Source: Candidatus Hinthialibacteria bacterium OLB16
GTDB taxonomy: Bacteria; Hinthialibacterota; Hinthialibacteria; OLB16
DNA length: 64,000 nt
Direction of reading: 5' to 3'
Assembly: GCA_001567115.1 (NCBI GenBank)
Contig: LMZT01000115.1
Location: 122-64,121, forward strand
Made by a program: the position numbers and the translations under genes. Below, one piece after another: positions 61,106 to 64,000 of this stretch (its first letter is position 1; each line of letters opens with the position of its first letter). The notes under the pieces are model-generated. The model saw only the letters and a program-made list of their open reading frames with translations. It did not search any database and was not told the origin of the DNA.

Positions 61106-61840
61106 TCAAATCCGGCGTGCGAGGGTATACCCGACAATATGATGCGCTCCCGCCTGGCGGAGTGCTGCCGCACAAGCTGAAATGGTCTGTCCGGTGGTCA
61201 TCACATCATCCACCAGCAGCAGATCCAGCCCACTGACAGCATCCGTTCCAGGACAGAAAGCCGCCTCCAATCCCCTCCCCCGCCATTTGCCCCCCAATCG
61301 GCTTTGAGGATAGGTGCGTTTGCAACGGCGAACCGCATCCGCGAGGACCGGAATTCCCGAGTGCCCGGAGAGGGACTGCGCCAGGATATCGGCCTGGTTG
61401 AACTCCCTTGAGAAATGACGTGTCCAATGCAAAGGAACCGGGACAATTGCATCCAGATGAAAATTTCCAAGCAGGCGATCGGCTCCATCGGCAAACAGGC
61501 TTTGCAGGTAAGGGCGAACCCTGCGGCTCCCTTGAAATTTAAATTGATGGATCAGCTCACGAACAGGGTTTTCATAGGCCACAGCACTTCGGATGCAATC
61601 AAAGGCGGGTTTGAATGGAATGCAACCATGACTGGAGGATGGGGAGGAGTGGGGATCAGATGGAGCTGGAACAGGAAGGCCGCATAAATCACAAACAGGG
61701 AGTTTGAGTGACACATCCTGTGATGCACAGCGCGCACACAAGATGGCTGAGGGATCTCCACTCAGAAGTTTCCCGCAGGCACGGCACACCGGGGGGAAGA
61801 GCAGGTGGATAAATGGCCGGATGGTTTCGGATATTTTCAT
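61106..61840 (-). CDS. ComF/GntX-family phosphoribosyltransferase-domain protein
   Basis: N-terminal CxxC…CxxC zinc ribbon; C-terminal LLLVDDVMTTGQT PRTase motif. Confidence 0.7.
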   Translation of the reverse strand: MKISETIRPFIHLLFPPVCRACGKLLSGDPSAILCARCASQDVSLKLPVCDLCGLPVPAPSDPHSSPSSSHGCIPFKPAFDCIRSAVAYENPVRELIHQFKFQGSRRVRPYLQSLFADGADRLLGNFHLDAIVPVPLHWTRHFSREFNQADILAQSLSGHSGIPVLADAVRRCKRTYPQSRLGGKWRGRGLEAAFCPGTDAVSGLDLLLVDDVMTTGQTISACAAALRQAGAHHIVGYTLARRI

Positions 61841-61970
61841 TCTCAGACCAGGCCTTCACAGGCTTTGGGATTGAATCAAGCCCGGGATTCCCATTGAGGA
61901 TCAATTCCAAAGACAGGTAAAACAATATAGACTGCGAGGCAGTTTGGAAACCATAAAATGGAGATAATGG

Positions 61971-64000
61971 ATGGCAGCCCCTTCTCATAAATCAGTGCTG
62001 ATGCTCCTGTGTGCCATGATCATTTTTTCGGCTGTGCCATGCCAGAGCCAGCCTCAGGTTCCAAACGGACTGCTTTCGAAAGTCGAACAGGCCATCGAGA
62101 AAGTAAAGCCAGCCCTGGTCCGGATCCTCGTGGTTTCAACCGAATACTCCGGGGGCCGTGAAGTTAAATCGGAAAGCTCGGGGAGCGGGGTGATCATCTC
62201 TCCAGAAGGCTATGTGGTCACAAACCACCATGTTGCCGGCCATGCAGTTCGTCTGTTCTGCACACTGGCAGACCGCAGCGAAGTTGAGGCGCAGCTGATC
62301 GGCACCGATGCGCTTTCGGATATCGCAGTCATCAAGCTCGAGCCGCGAGCCGAAGGTTATCCGGTGGCGGAGTTTGGAGATTCCTCAAAGATTCAAGTGG
62401 GTGATCCGGTATTGGCGATGGGCAGCCCGCTGGCCCTTTCACAATCTGTCACACTCGGCATCGTCAGCAATGCCGAGATGGTCATGCCGGATTTTTTCGG
62501 GGATTTCGGAGAATTCACCCTGGATGGAGAAGATGTCGGCTCGATCGTTCTCTGGATCGGGCATGATGCCTCCATTTTTGGCGGGAATTCTGGAGGCCCC
62601 CTGGTTGATCTGGAAGGCAGGACCATCGGCATCAATGAGATCGAAATGGGGCTGAGTGGGGCAATACCCTCCAATCTTGCCAGAGATGTTGCCGATCAGC
62701 TGATAAAAAAGGGGAAAGTGGAACGCAGCTGGCTGGGAGCGGAAATCCAGCCCCAGTTGAAATCGGACCGGGGATCCGAGGGGATCCTGATCTCAGGTGT
62801 GATCCGGGATACCCCCGCCGAAAAAGCGGGCATCCGTTCCGGTGACCGCCTCATCCGTCTGGCGGGCCAGCCTGTCAAGGTCCAGTTCAAGGAAGAAATT
62901 CCTCGATTCAACCAGTTTGCCGCATCGCTCCCCGCCGGCCAGGAAACCGAGGCGGTGATTCTTCGCGATGGCCAGGAAGTTCACTTGAAGCTGACACCCG
63001 TGCTCCGAGAAGAGGCTGTCCCCAGGGAGAAAGAACTGAAGGAATGGGGAATCACCGCCTCCAACATCTCATTCATAGCGGCACGAGAACGGAAAAGATC
63101 GTCTCAGGAGGGAGTGCTGGTCACATCCGTCCGCCCGGGTGGCCCTTGCGGGGATGCCAAACCGGAAATTCAGGATCTGGACATCCTGACCAATGTCGGC
63201 GGAAAAAAGATCAACAGCCTCGAGGAGCTGATCACAGAAACATCACGGCTGCGGGAAGGACAGAAGGAACCCACACCCACTCTGGTCGAATTTGAGCGTG
63301 AGAACAAAAAGTACAGGACAGTGGTGAAGGTCGGGATTCGTGATATCGAAGATACCGGACGTGAGGTCCGCAAGCCCTTCATTCCCATTTCGACCCAGGT
63401 GCTGACCGCCGACCTGGCCACCCGGCTGGGTGTGCCGGGGAAAAAGGGAATTTGTGTGACCCGGATTTATAATCATCCAGCCCTCAAGGATGTCGATCTC
63501 CAGGTCGGGGATCTGATCCTTGCGATCGATGGAAAAGAGATCCCGGCATCCGAGCCGGGCCAGACGGATGTCTTTCCAGCCATGGTTCGCCAATACAAAG
63601 TCGGCGCCACAGCCGACCTGAGCATTCGAAGGGGAACAGAAGAACTGAAGGTTGCCATCCAGCTGCCTGAAACCCCCAAGCCTCCACGGGAATTGAAAAA
63701 GCATATCGACCGCCTGTTTGAGTTCACAGTCCGCGACCTGGCTTATATGGACAAAGCCGACCAGGACTGGCCTGCAGATCAGCCTGGAGTGCTGGTCATC
63801 GAGGTGATTTCCGGTGGATGGGCTGCGGTCGGAAAACTGAATGTCGGAGATCTGGTGCTGGAGTTTGCCGGAACCCCGATCACCGATGTGGAATCCATGA
63901 AGAAACGCCTCGAAGAAGTCACCAGAGAACAGCCTGGGACGGTCACCCTGCTGGTACGCCGTGGGATCTATCAACGTTACCTCGAGCTGGAGCCTGAATG
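61971..64000 (+). CDS. HtrA/DegP-family serine protease with multiple PDZ domains (3' end beyond window)
   Basis: Signal peptide; HVVTNHHV (His), D in DIAVIKL, GNSGGPL (Ser); PDZ-like GILISGVIRDTPAEKAGIRSGDRL repeats; frame 0 is open to the window end (absent from the ORF track only because no stop is reached). Confidence 0.85.
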   Translation, partial: MAAPSHKSVLMLLCAMIIFSAVPCQSQPQVPNGLLSKVEQAIEKVKPALVRILVVSTEYSGGREVKSESSGSGVIISPEGYVVTNHHVAGHAVRLFCTLADRSEVEAQLIGTDALSDIAVIKLEPRAEGYPVAEFGDSSKIQVGDPVLAMGSPLALSQSVTLGIVSNAEMVMPDFFGDFGEFTLDGEDVGSIVLWIGHDASIFGGNSGGPLVDLEGRTIGINEIEMGLSGAIPSNLARDVADQLIKKGKVERSWLGAEIQPQLKSDRGSEGILISGVIRDTPAEKAGIRSGDRLIRLAGQPVKVQFKEEIPRFNQFAASLPAGQETEAVILRDGQEVHLKLTPVLREEAVPREKELKEWGITASNISFIAARERKRSSQEGVLVTSVRPGGPCGDAKPEIQDLDILTNVGGKKINSLEELITETSRLREGQKEPTPTLVEFERENKKYRTVVKVGIRDIEDTGREVRKPFIPISTQVLTADLATRLGVPGKKGICVTRIYNHPALKDVDLQVGDLILAIDGKEIPASEPGQTDVFPAMVRQYKVGATADLSIRRGTEELKVAIQLPETPKPPRELKKHIDRLFEFTVRDLAYMDKADQDWPADQPGVLVIEVISGGWAAVGKLNVGDLVLEFAGTPITDVESMKKRLEEVTREQPGTVTLLVRRGIYQRYLELEPE

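Noticed and set aside
63243-63974. 243-aa minus-strand ORF inside the HtrA protease gene
   Set aside because: It is antisense to a continuous, motif-rich protease/PDZ ORF. Spurious.

Overview
This 64-kb window is a GC-rich (~58%) chromosomal segment of a diderm bacterium. Evidence for a diderm origin includes KdtA/WaaA, a PEP-CTERM protein, and Tat and lipoprotein signal peptides. The pilin-like N-termini look PVC-like or candidate-phylum-like, probably from a MAG or long-read assembly. The content is mostly housekeeping and cell-envelope genes. There is no CRISPR array, no rRNA or tRNA, and no obvious mobile element or defence island. The ten numbered items below are the main recognisable contents. 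(1) A glycan and envelope cluster. It contains two GT-C (ArnT/PMT-like) membrane glycosyltransferases, one of them fused to a PH-like domain. It also contains a flippase-like protein, two Wzy_C (O-antigen-ligase-like)+TPR proteins, a large PIG-L/LmbE deacetylase, waaA, a Sfp-type PPTase and a BatA-like VWA protein. (2) Two paralogous prepilin-type (pseudopilin) genes. Their 30-aa N-termini are identical but the codons differ. One lies beside the PIG-L and Wzy_C-TPR genes, a layout that resembles pilin O-glycosylation loci. (3) A hslVU operon. (4) nadE with a separately encoded C-N hydrolase (glutaminase) partner. (5) ubiE/menG. (6) ctaA and ctaB, divergently transcribed. (7) An Rrf2-cysC-sat sulfate-activation operon. 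(8) Two xylose-isomerase-family genes: a divergent intact one and a canonical frameshifted one. (9) Two aldo/keto reductases, a sulfatase, a secreted HExxH metalloprotease and an MsbA-like ABC exporter. (10) A sigma54-type two-component pair next to a multi-PDZ HtrA protease. Beyond the gene content, the most striking observation is technical or evolutionary. At least ten single-base indels, mostly in homopolymer runs, interrupt eight otherwise well-conserved genes. This is about one per 6 kb and is most parsimoniously a sequencing or assembly error signature. I found no clearly novel multi-gene system. The candidates worth a second look are the pilin-adjacent PIG-L/Wzy_C-TPR module, the split NAD synthetase, the divergent XylA paralog, the GT-C::PH fusion, a repeat-containing 786-aa secreted protein and several small structured intergenic elements.
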